Notes under the pieces: model-generated
The model's database searches: none
Seen by the model: only the letters and a program-made list of their open reading frames with translations
Told to the model about the DNA's origin: nothing
Source: Patescibacteria group bacterium
Lineage (GTDB): Bacteria > Patescibacteriota > Patescibacteriia > UBA1558 > UBA10009
DNA: 64,000 bases
Direction of reading: 5' to 3'
NCBI GenBank assembly: GCA_041662565.1
Contig: JBAZSE010000002.1
Span: forward strand, 27,244-91,243
Program-made: the position numbers and the translations under genes
Shown here: positions 10,280-20,383 of the stretch, in pieces
Layout of the letters: each line of letters starts with the position of its first letter
Position numbering within the stretch: the stretch's first letter is position 1

Positions 10280-11092
10280 TTAGTTTTCTTTCTTTATTTC
10301 CGCCTCACTGTATAAAACATAATCATACAAACCAGATAAGGGTGATTTTTGCGGCATGGTTGCTAAAATTGCCTGCCGGCTGGCCGAAAGCGAACCAACA
10401 GGATATTCGCCCAATGATTTTAAAACAATCCTGGCCGGCAAAACAACTTGGCAAGCTGGGTTAGGCGCTTGGCAATTAGCCACCGGATCAACATTGCTGT
10501 AAGCGGTAATGGCAATATTGGTAGCGGCCGCGTTGCGGGCAATAATGCGCACACGGTACAAATAAGCCGTGGAATTGTAAAGCTGTAAATAATAAGGCGA
10601 AGAAACCTGGCTAATATAAACGCTTTTGGGGGTATCTAAAGTACCACTGGTAGTCCACGGCGTCCATTTTATTTCCAGCCACGAACCCACCCCTTCCCAA
10701 GAAATGCCCAACGACTTAATAGAGTTGGTTAAACCGTTTAAACTGCCGGGATCAAATAAATCCACCTGATAGCTTTCATCAGCTAAAAGAGAAGCGTATA
10801 AAACGTTTTCATTATCTTTAGCCACCAACTGATACGAACTTTCGTTAGGTAAAGTGGAGCTGATTTGCCCAAAAACAGCGGCATCAAAATCCTGTTTGCG
10901 CGCCTGGTACAAGCCCCTTTCTATTCCGCTTTCGGCAGCATAAAAAGCCACCACGGCTTTATCCAGCTGAACCGATTGCAATACTTCGTTTAACACCAAC
11001 CGGCTGGTAGCAACGCTAGCCGTAACCACGCTCGACATAATAAGCATGGCCAAAAGCAAGGCAGAGCCGGATTGGGTAAATTTTTTTAGCAT
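10280..11092 (-). CDS. PilX-like minor pilin
   Basis: QSGSALLLAMLIMSS N-terminus without E5, AFYAAESGIERGL motif. Confidence 0.8.
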   Translation of the reverse strand: MLKKFTQSGSALLLAMLIMSSVVTASVATSRLVLNEVLQSVQLDKAVVAFYAAESGIERGLYQARKQDFDAAVFGQISSTLPNESSYQLVAKDNENVLYASLLADESYQVDLFDPGSLNGLTNSIKSLGISWEGVGSWLEIKWTPWTTSGTLDTPKSVYISQVSSPYYLQLYNSTAYLYRVRIIARNAAATNIAITAYSNVDPVANCQAPNPACQVVLPARIVLKSLGEYPVGSLSASRQAILATMPQKSPLSGLYDYVLYSEAEIKKEN

Positions 11093-11110
11093 AATGTTGT
11101 AAATTGAAAA

Positions 11111-11719
11111 TTACCTGGCGTATTTTCTTTCCGTTACGGTTGTTTGCAAATGGGAAATTTTGGTAGTAGCTATATCTTCGTGCAAACTGGAAGTTGATAA
11201 AACAATGGTTACTCTCGGCTGAATATCGGAAGGATAATCAACTAAAACATCGCTCCAAACCATAGAATCAACAGCCGGGGTAATATAAAAAGACAATAAC
11301 TCCACATTTAAATCTTCGGGCGTAATATCCAGCCATGCTCCGCCGGCAAAGGTCTGGACCACATAGCGACCCTGGTCTTGTGCGCTTTCTACTCTTCTAA
11401 ACAACAACTGATTGTTATCCGCGTCTCTAATGGCCAATATCGCCCCATCTTGGGTTAAGGGCATGTTAGCCAAAGAAATGCCCTGAGAGGCGTAATAGGC
11501 GTAATCCAAGTGGCCCAAGCGCACTTCTCTAGCCATAACTTCCAAAACATACCGGGCATCGGCCAACAAACGGTCGGCATTGGCTGTTCTTTTTTGCACT
11601 TGGTTGCTTTGCACAAAAATACTCACGGCGTAAGTAGTGGCAATGGAAAAAATACCCAAAGCCACAATAACTTCCACCAGAGTAAAGCCCAAATTTGATT
11701 TTTTTAAATTTATTCTCAT
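11111..11719 (-). CDS. Minor pilin (PilW/type II secretion J-like)
   Basis: GFTLVEVIVAL prepilin motif. Confidence 0.85.
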   Translation of the reverse strand: MRINLKKSNLGFTLVEVIVALGIFSIATTYAVSIFVQSNQVQKRTANADRLLADARYVLEVMAREVRLGHLDYAYYASQGISLANMPLTQDGAILAIRDADNNQLLFRRVESAQDQGRYVVQTFAGGAWLDITPEDLNVELLSFYITPAVDSMVWSDVLVDYPSDIQPRVTIVLSTSSLHEDIATTKISHLQTTVTERKYAR

Positions 11720-11727
11720 ATTACTCC

Positions 11728-11844
11728 TACAAATTTACTAATCATTACGAATATACGAATCAGCCGATTATTGACATACAAAGGGTTAAGATAAAATTTA
11801 ACTTTGTATTCGTATATTAGTAAAAATTCGTAATTAGTAGTTAC
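11728..11844 (+). repeat. ~120 bp terminal-inverted-repeat element, copy 2
   Basis: TACTAATCATTACGAATATACGAATCAG...TTGACA...GGGTTAAG...GTATTCGTATATTAGTAAAAATTCGTAATTAGTAG. Confidence 0.9.
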
Positions 11845-12432
11845 TTATTTCCAATCATATAACCTATCCACGGCTTCAAGCAAATGTTGCTTACCGCTTT
11901 CATTCCAACTAACCTGCGAACTTACTTCGTAGCCAATCAAGGGCGCTGCCACATCACTGCATTTTTGGCCGTTGGCTAAAATCGCTTCGGACCCCACTGC
12001 CTCTTGCCAGCAAATTTCTTTTAAACTAATTAATCTTTTATAAGAAGTTAAATTTGTACCAATATTATTATGCGAAAAAACCCCAGTGGCTGCATCCAAA
12101 TATATTTGGCAATCCGTACAGGCATCTAAATCAACTATCTGGCTAACTGTTGCCCAAGTATTATTGGCTTCATCAAAATCCACAGTTAAGCGGTATTTAC
12201 CAACCTCAACTATACTCTGGTTCCAAGGCAAATTAGCCAGCCAATTGGAATCCCTAAACCACCTAACAACTTCTATGCCTTCTCTGGCTAAATTTGAAGC
12301 CACCAAACGGCTTTCGCTGGTTGAGGAAATATTCAAATTATAAGAAGTCAAAGTCATGCCCGCAATTACGCCGGTAGTTACCACGCCTAAAGCAACCACG
12401 ACTTCAATTAATGTAAATCCCCGATGTTTCAT
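11845..12432 (-). CDS. Minor pilin (PilV-like)
   Basis: GFTLIEVVVAL, ASNLAREGIEVVR, VSSQVSW. Confidence 0.85.
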   Translation of the reverse strand: MKHRGFTLIEVVVALGVVTTGVIAGMTLTSYNLNISSTSESRLVASNLAREGIEVVRWFRDSNWLANLPWNQSIVEVGKYRLTVDFDEANNTWATVSQIVDLDACTDCQIYLDAATGVFSHNNIGTNLTSYKRLISLKEICWQEAVGSEAILANGQKCSDVAAPLIGYEVSSQVSWNESGKQHLLEAVDRLYDWK

Positions 12433-12450
12433 AAAAATAAAATTAACGCC

Positions 12451-12978
12451 CTATAATTGCTCCAATTCGGCCGTTACCCGACCGGTAACTCTGTTTAAAT
12501 TAATATGCCCCGATTTATCAGTCACTTTAACGCTGGTTAAATAAATATCAACTTCCGATAAAAGCTGATCGCCGTTTAAATAAATAGTTGGCTTGGGCGG
12601 TTTAAAAATTACAGTTAGCGGATCAGTGGTTAAATTTGATAACGCAATATTTAATGGCAAATTAACGGTTTCTAAAATAGTATCAATGCCAACTTCATAT
12701 GTTTGATCTCCATCATCTCGAAACATTAGGTACTGCCCGGGTTGAGTAAGATCAAAATACAAACCAAATCCGCCGCTACCCAATATTTCTTCGTTAATCG
12801 TCCCGGTTAAGGTCTGGGTTTGGGCTTTTCTAATATTTGCCGCCACCTCCTCGGTCGCTAGTAAAAAATTGGTGCTATGCTCACCCTGCCTAAAATTAAT
12901 CAAAACCATGGCGCTCATAATGCCAAATATACCGATCACGATTAGCATTTCCACAACTGTAAATCCTTTGTTTTGCAT
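12451..12978 (-). CDS. Minor pilin (FimT/FimU-like)
   Basis: GFTVVEMLIVIGI, ANIRKAQ. Confidence 0.85.
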   Translation of the reverse strand: MQNKGFTVVEMLIVIGIFGIMSAMVLINFRQGEHSTNFLLATEEVAANIRKAQTQTLTGTINEEILGSGGFGLYFDLTQPGQYLMFRDDGDQTYEVGIDTILETVNLPLNIALSNLTTDPLTVIFKPPKPTIYLNGDQLLSEVDIYLTSVKVTDKSGHINLNRVTGRVTAELEQL

Positions 12979-12994
12979 AAAAAATAAAAATTTA

Positions 12995-13759
12995 CTACAA
13001 CACCCTAAATAAATACCAATCCAAGATTTTTTGGCCCCACAGCAAGCAGACCCAAATAGCTAAAGACAAAAACGTGCCAAAGGGCAGCTGGCTGTTTAAC
13101 TGTTTCTTTTTTAAAATAATCAAACCCAAACCAACTATGGCGCCAACCACATAAGCCAAACCCAAAGCAACCAAACACAGTGGCCAGCCAAGCATAGCGC
13201 CCAAAACCAAGCCAAGACGGATATCTCCCCCGCCTATCCACTTACCTTGAGAAAGTATAAACTGCAAGAAAAAAAATCCGCCGATAATAACAGCCGACAT
13301 TAACAAGTTAATAATGGAATAGCCAGTTAAATAATTTAATACAACAGCAACCACCAAAGCGCTTAAGCTGACTTTATCCAAAATCAAATAATACTTAAAA
13401 TCGTAAACAAAAATAATAATCAGAAAACAGGAAAAGATAAGATAAGAAAGATATTGAAGATTGAAAATTGAAGATTGAAAATTGAAGAAGTGCCAATAAC
13501 CGATAGCAAAAACTACAGCCGTTACCAATTCCACTAAAGGATACTGCCAAGAAATTTTGGCCTGGCAATAATGGCATTTGCCGCGCAAAAATATAAAACT
13601 AAACAGCGGAATTAAATCCCAAAACCCTAATTTATGTTGGCAAGCTGGGCATTTGGAACGGCCGGTTATAAACTGCTCGCCCGATTTAAGCCGAAAAATT
13701 ACGGCATTAAGAAAACTACCGATAATCAGACCTAAAATTGCTGTAAAGACGTAAAACAT
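12995..13759 (-). CDS. pilD: Prepilin peptidase
   Basis: GSFLNAVIFR, RSKCPAC, GKCHYC, ISWQYPLVEL, GGGDIRL, PFGTFL. Confidence 0.96.
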   Translation of the reverse strand: MFYVFTAILGLIIGSFLNAVIFRLKSGEQFITGRSKCPACQHKLGFWDLIPLFSFIFLRGKCHYCQAKISWQYPLVELVTAVVFAIGYWHFFNFQSSIFNLQYLSYLIFSCFLIIIFVYDFKYYLILDKVSLSALVVAVVLNYLTGYSIINLLMSAVIIGGFFFLQFILSQGKWIGGGDIRLGLVLGAMLGWPLCLVALGLAYVVGAIVGLGLIILKKKQLNSQLPFGTFLSLAIWVCLLWGQKILDWYLFRVL

Positions 13760-13797
13760 ACTGTAATTTTACGCTATTTTAAACAATTTTACAAACA

Positions 13798-13830
13798 AAA
13801 ACCCCGCTCTTAACCAAGAACGGGGTTTTT
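13798..13830 (-). terminator. Terminator after the pilin gene
   Basis: AAAACCCCG-CTCTTAACCAAGAA-CGGGGTTTT. Confidence 0.75.
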
Positions 13831-13847
13831 AAAATCACAATAACTGA

Positions 13848-14372
13848 TTATTTGCTGTTATCACCTAAACAGAATGGACTTTGAGTGCCACAAGTGCCAG
13901 CAGGCACAGTCGCAGCATCAGCGGAATTTCTACAATCAGCATTAGCCCAAACTGAAATAAGACCAATTGTACCAGCTGCTGGAGACGCATTTTCTAAAAC
14001 AGTCGTTAGTAAATAATTGTCAGCTGTTGGGTTAACGCACAAAGTGTAAACCTGCGTTCCTGCATTAGGAGTTGTAGGATCAATCGGCATTCCTCCTGGT
14101 AAATAAGCGGCTAAACCATTAGGAGCGGCCGCGGTACCAATAACAGACCAGGTAAGTGGCACGCCGGCGGTAAAGATCTGATCATTGCTATCGGCCTTCA
14201 TAAGCTCAATGGCTGATTGAATAGTTTTTAAGTCGGAAACGCGCCTAGCATCTCTGGCCTTAGAACGGGCGTTATTTAAGGAAACAACAGCCAAAGTGGA
14301 AAGCAAGCCGATAATGGCAATAACCACCAATAATTCGATAAGGGTAAAACCTTTTTTGTTTGTTTTAATCAT
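13848..14372 (-). CDS. Type IV pilin (candidate major pilin)
   Basis: KGFTLIELLVVIAIIGLL...ARSKARDARRVSD; C-terminal cysteines; followed by a terminator. Confidence 0.9.
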   Translation of the reverse strand: MIKTNKKGFTLIELLVVIAIIGLLSTLAVVSLNNARSKARDARRVSDLKTIQSAIELMKADSNDQIFTAGVPLTWSVIGTAAAPNGLAAYLPGGMPIDPTTPNAGTQVYTLCVNPTADNYLLTTVLENASPAAGTIGLISVWANADCRNSADAATVPAGTCGTQSPFCLGDNSK

Positions 14373-14520
14373 ATTTTTTAAATCAAATTAAGTTAGAAAG
14401 ACGGAAGTTTATTTTTTATCCTAAGTTTTTTACTTAAGATAATTTCGACCTTTTAGTTAGTTGTTAAATTTTTTATTAATAACCATTCGCCGGCAACTAT
14501 TAAACCGACAAATGATTTTA

Positions 14521-15054
14521 TTACAATCTACCTAAACAAAATTCTTTATCGCCATCACAAGTAAAGGTAAGCGGATCAACCGGGCCAGCCGCATTAACGC
14601 AACTACCTGGGGGATAAGTAATATCACCGGCAATACCTTGACCTGGAGGCGAAACCTCTAAACTGGCGTGTAGTAAATAAAAACTTAAATCCGCCGTAAC
14701 GCAATAAATGTAGCTTTTATTAACATTGGGCTGAGCAACATCTCTGGTGGGATCAGGATCGGTTGGCGCGCCGGCCGGTAAATAAATGTTGGTGCCATTA
14801 TTAATGGCGTTAATGGTATCGCCCCAACTAGGACCTAAATTAATTACATAATCGGTATTATCATCACGGTAGATTTCCAAAGCCGATTGCACTGCTTTTA
14901 AATCCGACAAACGCCTGGCATCTCTGGCCTTGGCACGAGCGTTATTTAAAGACACAACGGCCAGGGTGGAAAGCAGGCCGATGATAGAAATGACCACCAA
15001 TAATTCAATGAGGGTAAAACCTGATTTGCGCCTCATTAAAACTTGTTGATTCAT
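14521..15054 (-). CDS. Type IV pilin paralog
   Basis: GFTLIELLVVISIIGLL...ARAKARDARRLSD; same cysteine pattern ending FCLG. Confidence 0.9.
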   Translation of the reverse strand: MNQQVLMRRKSGFTLIELLVVISIIGLLSTLAVVSLNNARAKARDARRLSDLKAVQSALEIYRDDNTDYVINLGPSWGDTINAINNGTNIYLPAGAPTDPDPTRDVAQPNVNKSYIYCVTADLSFYLLHASLEVSPPGQGIAGDITYPPGSCVNAAGPVDPLTFTCDGDKEFCLGRL

Positions 15055-15181
15055 AAGTTTTGATTAATTTATTAAAATAAATGAAAAAAACTAATTACGA
15101 CTTTAAATTCAACCCTATCATCTCTTTAATACATTGTACGCAATAGTAACACTTAGCGTCTTGTGCCACGCTTATCGTGAC

Positions 15182-15206
15182 AACCACAGCGCTTAGCGCT
15201 GTGGAT
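15182..15206. repeat. REP-like palindrome
   Basis: CCACAGCGC-TTA-GCGCTGTGG upstream of the pilin genes. Confidence 0.55.
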
Positions 15207-15331
15207 AACTACATCCTGATTGATTACTTATCATTATACCACAATTTACAACAAAAATCAATGTTAGCGGGGAAAAATAAATTTTAATTAACAAATTTTC
15301 AACAAATTATCCAATTTCAAAAATCTCAATC

Positions 15332-16552
15332 TTAGAACTGGTTTGCTAAATTGTACATAGGCAGAATAATGCTGGCGACCATACCGCCCACAGCTACGCC
15401 GATAATTACCATAATAAACGGCTCAATTAAGTGGGTCATGTTGGCTACCATATTTTCTATTTCCCTACCATAAAAACCGCTCACTTTATCCAGCACCAAA
15501 TCCATGCGTCCGGTTTTTTCACCCACCGAAAGCATTTGGGAAACCAATTTAGGTACCACGCTGGATTCCATAAATACTACAGCGACAGAGTTACCGTCTT
15601 CTACTTCTTTAATGGTTTGCTGGATTAATTTTTTATACAAATCATTGCCCACTACTTCGGCCACAATGGTTAAAGCAGCGGTTAAAGGAACTCCGCCTTT
15701 GGTTAAAGTGGAAAGCGATTGAGTAAAACGAACCAGATAAATCATTTTGAATAAATTGCCGAAAACCGGAAACTTAAGTTTAATGGTATCAATAAATTGT
15801 TTGGCTTGGGGCAATTTTAAAACATATTTAAAGGTAAAAAATAAAATAACAGCGGCAAGTACGAACAAATACCATTTAAACCTTAAAGCATCGCTGGTGC
15901 CAATCAACAGCCGAGTGGTAAAAGGTAGTTTAGTACCCGATGCCGTTAGCATACCCGTTAGCTGGGGAATAACAAAAACCATCATGGCCACACCTACCAC
16001 CACCAAACCGCCAATGATAAAAACCGGATAAATCATGGCGCCTTTGATTTTAGATACCAAATCGTAATCTTTTTCTTCCTGATCGGCCAAATATTCCAAA
16101 ACCTCGTCCAATTTACCCGAGGTTTCGCCCGATCTAACCATGGAAACAAAAAAATGCGAAAATGCTTGAGGATATTTTTCCAAGGCAATGGATAATTTAA
16201 TACCGCTTTCCACTTCATCAGCCACATCGGCAATAGCGGCCTTTAAAGTTTCTTGTTCGGTTTGAGAGACGATAATGCGCAAGGCCTGAACAACGGATAA
16301 ATTAGCCGAAATCATAACAGCCAGCTGGCGAGAAAAAACCACCACTTCTTTGCGCTTGATTTTTCCACCTAAAAAAGGCAATTTAAAACCGTGGGTTTTT
16401 TTAACAACCTCTTTATCCAACCGCTCCAAATAAATAACTTCCAAGCCTCGTTCGCGCAGTACATCAACAGCCGCATCTTCTTGAGGCGCTTCAACCACGC
16501 CTTCAAAAACCTGGCCTTCTTTACGTTTTGCTTTATATGAATATTGGGACAT
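15332..16552 (-). CDS. pilC: Type IV pilus platform protein (GspF/PilC)
   Basis: FSRQLAVMI, GETSGKLD, KIKGAMIYP, VGEKTGRMD, LIEPFIM, ILPMYNL. Confidence 0.96.
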   Translation of the reverse strand: MSQYSYKAKRKEGQVFEGVVEAPQEDAAVDVLRERGLEVIYLERLDKEVVKKTHGFKLPFLGGKIKRKEVVVFSRQLAVMISANLSVVQALRIIVSQTEQETLKAAIADVADEVESGIKLSIALEKYPQAFSHFFVSMVRSGETSGKLDEVLEYLADQEEKDYDLVSKIKGAMIYPVFIIGGLVVVGVAMMVFVIPQLTGMLTASGTKLPFTTRLLIGTSDALRFKWYLFVLAAVILFFTFKYVLKLPQAKQFIDTIKLKFPVFGNLFKMIYLVRFTQSLSTLTKGGVPLTAALTIVAEVVGNDLYKKLIQQTIKEVEDGNSVAVVFMESSVVPKLVSQMLSVGEKTGRMDLVLDKVSGFYGREIENMVANMTHLIEPFIMVIIGVAVGGMVASIILPMYNLANQF

Positions 16553-16556
16553 AAAT

Positions 16557-17630
16557 TTACTTTCTCAACAACAGCTTCATGGCTTTAGGGTCAACAGCGT
16601 TTTTAATAGCTTCTTCGGGCTTAATTTTCCCGCGATTAACAAGTTCAATCAAGGATCTTTCTAAACTAATCATGCCTTCGGCCTTGGAGGTTTGGATAAT
16701 GCTATCTAATTGGCCAAAACGGCCTTCTTTAATCAAGGATTTGCCCGAAGGTGAACTGGTTAAAATTTCTACCGCCAATACCATATCGCCATCCAGCGCG
16801 GGAATTAAGCGTTGGACAACCATGCCCACTAAAAAATCTGCCAGAACATTACGGGCCCACAACACTTTAGCATCCGAAAATTCACTCACCAAGCCATCCA
16901 GTGCGGTAATGGAAGAATAATAATCCAAAACGCCAATAACCAACCTGCCGGATTCCGCAAGTTCCAAAGCCAGTTCCACCGATTCCGGATCATGCAATTT
17001 GGAAGTAACCACAATATCCACGTCTTCTTCTTTAGCCGAATCCAAGGCCTTGGCAAAACTAGCCACATCAGTGCCGATCTCCCGCTGTTCTATCACGCTT
17101 TTTTCATTAACAAATAAATGCTCTATCGGTTCGCCTAAATACAAAATGTGCTCATCCCGGTTTTGGTTGATCCATTGCACCATGGCGGCAGCCGTAGTGG
17201 TTCGGCCCGAATTAAAAGGACCGGTGACAAAAATCAAACCCTGGTTGGCAGTTAAAAATGTTTCCACAATTTTGGGCAAACCAAGTTCGGCTAAAGCCGG
17301 AATCCGCTCGCCCACCATTTTTAAAGACAAACTAAACTGCCCTTTTTGCTTAAAAACATGGACCCTAAAACGCGCCTTGCCCTGCCAATCAAAAATACAT
17401 TTTAGATCTTTGGTATTTTCCAAATCCGCCCTTTTATCTTCGGGCACAAAAAAATCCATAATGCCCTTCATAATATCCGGCGTAATTAATTCTTCTTCCA
17501 ATAGGGGCACAAGTGATCCCTTAATTCTTAAAAAAGGATAGTTGCCTACCACAAAATGGATATCACTGGCCTGCCTTTCGGCCACGGTGTTTAAAATTTT
17601 ATTCAAGGTAATGGTATCGGTTGTTGACAT
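16557..17630 (-). CDS. PilT/PilU-like protein with degenerate ATPase motifs
   Basis: ASDIH, RFRVHVF, IEQREIG, QRLIP, GMISLE; but Walker A reads GPFNSGRTT and Walker B/His box are altered. Confidence 0.85.
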   Translation of the reverse strand: MSTTDTITLNKILNTVAERQASDIHFVVGNYPFLRIKGSLVPLLEEELITPDIMKGIMDFFVPEDKRADLENTKDLKCIFDWQGKARFRVHVFKQKGQFSLSLKMVGERIPALAELGLPKIVETFLTANQGLIFVTGPFNSGRTTTAAAMVQWINQNRDEHILYLGEPIEHLFVNEKSVIEQREIGTDVASFAKALDSAKEEDVDIVVTSKLHDPESVELALELAESGRLVIGVLDYYSSITALDGLVSEFSDAKVLWARNVLADFLVGMVVQRLIPALDGDMVLAVEILTSSPSGKSLIKEGRFGQLDSIIQTSKAEGMISLERSLIELVNRGKIKPEEAIKNAVDPKAMKLLLRK

Positions 17631-17637
17631 AAATATT

Positions 17638-17752
17638 TACTACTAATTACTAATCCTTACCAATATACGAATCAGCGGGCTATTGACAAACAAAGAGTTA
17701 AGCTAAAATTTAATTTTGTATTCGTATATTAATAATAATTCGTAATTCGTAG
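17638..17752 (+). repeat. ~120 bp terminal-inverted-repeat element, copy 3
   Basis: Direct sequence similarity to copies 2 and 4. Confidence 0.9.
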
Positions 17753-17756
17753 AAAC

Positions 17757-18137
17757 TCAAAACTGCTCCAGTACTTTTTTAATCTTGGCCACCACTTCGG
17801 AAGGAATAAAATGGGCTTTAATCAAATAATCAACCGCGCCTAAAGCAAAACACTGATCTATTTTTTCTTTTTGACCGATGTTGCTTAAAATAATCACGGG
17901 TATGGCCTGGGTGGCCGGATCAGCTTTAAGTTCGGCTAACACTTGTGCGCCTTCTTTTTTAGGCAAAACCAAATCCAACAAAATCAAATCGGGCAATTCT
18001 TTTTTAGCTACCCGCAAACCCTTTTCCCCGTCATCAGCCGCCACCACTTTAAATCCTTCCAAATCCAGCTTGGTAAAATACATTTGGGATAAAAATGTGT
18101 CATCTTCAATTATTAAAATTTTTAATTTGTCGGCCAT
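17757..18137 (-). CDS. Single-domain response regulator (CheY-like receiver)
   Basis: ILIIEDD, PDLILLDLVLP, PVIILSN, GAVDYLIK. Confidence 0.93.
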   Translation of the reverse strand: MADKLKILIIEDDTFLSQMYFTKLDLEGFKVVAADDGEKGLRVAKKELPDLILLDLVLPKKEGAQVLAELKADPATQAIPVIILSNIGQKEKIDQCFALGAVDYLIKAHFIPSEVVAKIKKVLEQF

Positions 18138-18145
18138 ATAATTAT

Positions 18146-18262
18146 AACTACTAATTACTAATCTTTACGAATATACGAATCAACGGGCTATTGACAAACA
18201 AAGGGTTAAGCTAAAATTTAACTTTGTATTCGTATATTAGTAATAATTCGTAATTCGTAGTT
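18146..18262 (+). repeat. ~120 bp terminal-inverted-repeat element, copy 4
   Basis: Direct sequence similarity to copies 2 and 3. Confidence 0.9.
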
Positions 18263-18278
18263 TAGCATATTAGTCAAC

Positions 18279-20024
18279 CTACTCATCAATCTTCGTTACT
18301 CTTAAAATTTCTTCAACCGTAGTTAAACCCAACAAAACCTTCATCCAACCATCTTGATTGATGTTGATGAATTTTTGCGATTTAAGTTCTTCTTCTACCG
18401 CTTTGGCCGGAAAACCCTGAGCGATAATTTCTCGCATTTTTTCAAAAACGCTTAAAACTTCCGAAATGGCCAAGCGGCCTTTATAACCGCTGTTACCGCA
18501 CTGAACACAGCCAACGCCTTTATACACTTCTAGATCTTTATTATCCTTAACTCCTTCGTACCACACTTCGGCGGGCAAGGTGCTTAATGATTGGGTAATT
18601 GATTGCCTGATATCTGGAGCCAAATCGGTTTTGGTTTTGCAATTTTGGCAGATTTTTCTAACCAAGCGCTGGGCTAAAATCAGATTTAAGGTAGAAGCCA
18701 GCAAAAACGGTTCGCCGCCCATATCAATAAACCGCGGAATAGCGCCTACAGCATCATTAGTGTGGAGAGTAGAAAGCACAAAGTGGCCGGTGAGGGCGGC
18801 GTGAATAGCCAAAGCGGCTGTTTCTTTATCGCGGATTTCGCCAACCATGATAACATCCGGATCTTGCCTTAACAGGGCGCGCAAACCGCTGGCAAAATCA
18901 AAACCCACCTCGCTTTTTACTTGCGATTGGTTAACGCCTTCCACGTAATACTCTACCGGATCTTCCAAGGTGCTAATGTTAACCCCTTCTTTATTTAAAA
19001 CCGAAAGCGCGGAAAACAAAGTAGTTGATTTACCGCTGCCGGTAGGGCCGGTAACCAAAAACATGCCGTTGGGCTTGGTAATGTTTTTTTCCATCAGCTT
19101 AATTTGGTTGCCCATAAAACCTAGATCGGCAAAAGTCGGGGCTTTTTCGGGCGAAGCCAAAATTCTCATAACCACTTTTTCTTGGTTAACCAAAGGAATG
19201 GTGGAAACACGGAAATCAACATCCTGACCGTTGATATTTAAGCGGATGCGGCCGTCTTGCGGAATACGGGTTTCGTCTATTTTTAAATTAGACATGACCT
19301 TAACGCGAGAAACCAGCGCGGCATGGACGTAAATGGGCAAAACAATGGAAGTATGCAAAATGCCGTCAATTCTGTACCTAACCCGGCTTTTATCGCTATA
19401 GGGTTCAATATGAATATCCGAAGCCCCGCCTTCAATGGCGTGCCTTAAAATTACCGAAACGATTTTGGAAACAGGCGCGGTTTTTACGATATCCTCCAGT
19501 TTGGTAGTCACTTCCATATCGCCCCGATCTTTGGGAGCAAATTTTTCTTCGGCAAAATCCAAGGCCTGACTGACCTGTTCTTTTAAATTCTGGTAATTTT
19601 TGTAGCCCAAATTAAAACTGGCGGGCGACAAAGTAAAATATTTTAGCTTGTAATTTTTTTTGCGGGCCAAAAATTCCATGGCCTCTATGGCCTTATAGTT
19701 TACCGGATCAACCAAGCCCACATCCAAAACATTCCCCTCTTGGCCAAATACCAACATTTGATAATTTTCCGATAAATCCTGGGGCAAAATTTTAAGCACG
19801 GCCAAAGGAATTTCTTTGCCCTCCAAATTCAAATATGGAATATTTAAAACCCTGCTTTTGGCCTGGGCTAGGGCTTCTTGAGAAATTTTTTCATCTTTAT
19901 TTAAATTATCAAAAAAGGCCTGCTGATCACCTTCGGTCAGCGCCAAATAGCTTCGGTACTGCTCATCGGTCAGTTGACCGCCCTTTTTTAGCTCGTCCAA
20001 AATTTGTTTGCCTGTTTCGGTCAT
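18279..20024 (-). CDS. pilB: Type IV pilus assembly ATPase (GspE/PilB)
   Basis: ASDIHIEP, GPTGSGKSTT, TLEDPVEY, RQDPDVIMVGEIRD, TGHFVLSTLHTN, tetracysteine motif. Confidence 0.96.
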   Translation of the reverse strand: MTETGKQILDELKKGGQLTDEQYRSYLALTEGDQQAFFDNLNKDEKISQEALAQAKSRVLNIPYLNLEGKEIPLAVLKILPQDLSENYQMLVFGQEGNVLDVGLVDPVNYKAIEAMEFLARKKNYKLKYFTLSPASFNLGYKNYQNLKEQVSQALDFAEEKFAPKDRGDMEVTTKLEDIVKTAPVSKIVSVILRHAIEGGASDIHIEPYSDKSRVRYRIDGILHTSIVLPIYVHAALVSRVKVMSNLKIDETRIPQDGRIRLNINGQDVDFRVSTIPLVNQEKVVMRILASPEKAPTFADLGFMGNQIKLMEKNITKPNGMFLVTGPTGSGKSTTLFSALSVLNKEGVNISTLEDPVEYYVEGVNQSQVKSEVGFDFASGLRALLRQDPDVIMVGEIRDKETAALAIHAALTGHFVLSTLHTNDAVGAIPRFIDMGGEPFLLASTLNLILAQRLVRKICQNCKTKTDLAPDIRQSITQSLSTLPAEVWYEGVKDNKDLEVYKGVGCVQCGNSGYKGRLAISEVLSVFEKMREIIAQGFPAKAVEEELKSQKFININQDGWMKVLLGLTTVEEILRVTKIDE

Positions 20025-20039
20025 GATTATTTTAATATT

Positions 20040-20378
20040 CTATCTATTGATAATCCCCGCGTTTAGTAAAATTTCCGGCGGTTCCGGAATCTTAAATAAA
20101 TTAGGGTTACCCACCGCCCCTGTTTCAAAAGGCACTTTTATGGGCTGATCCAATTTTTTTAACAAAGGATTGCCAAAAACATCCCCGGGGAAATTTTTAA
20201 GCAAGGCCTCTACCTTATTTAAGGAACTTTTGTATTTGCCGGCTAATAATCCTCCATCTTCTTGGCCCAGTGCCGTAAGAGCAAAATAACCCGAAACAAT
20301 CATTGTTGCCAGCAGTAAAAAAATTACCAACTTGGCCGAAAAACGTTTTTTAAATTGATTGTTTTGATTTGATTTCAT
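20040..20378 (-). CDS. Membrane protein at the PilP position
   Basis: One TM helix, C-terminal GNPNLF resembling the PilP R-x-PF motif; follows pilO. Confidence 0.55.
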   Translation of the reverse strand: MKSNQNNQFKKRFSAKLVIFLLLATMIVSGYFALTALGQEDGGLLAGKYKSSLNKVEALLKNFPGDVFGNPLLKKLDQPIKVPFETGAVGNPNLFKIPEPPEILLNAGIINR

Positions 20379-20383
20379 ATATA

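Noticed and set aside
13848-15054. Pilin antigenic-variation (silent cassette) system
   Set aside because: Both pilins are complete genes sharing only the normally conserved N-terminal helix; no truncated cassettes are seen
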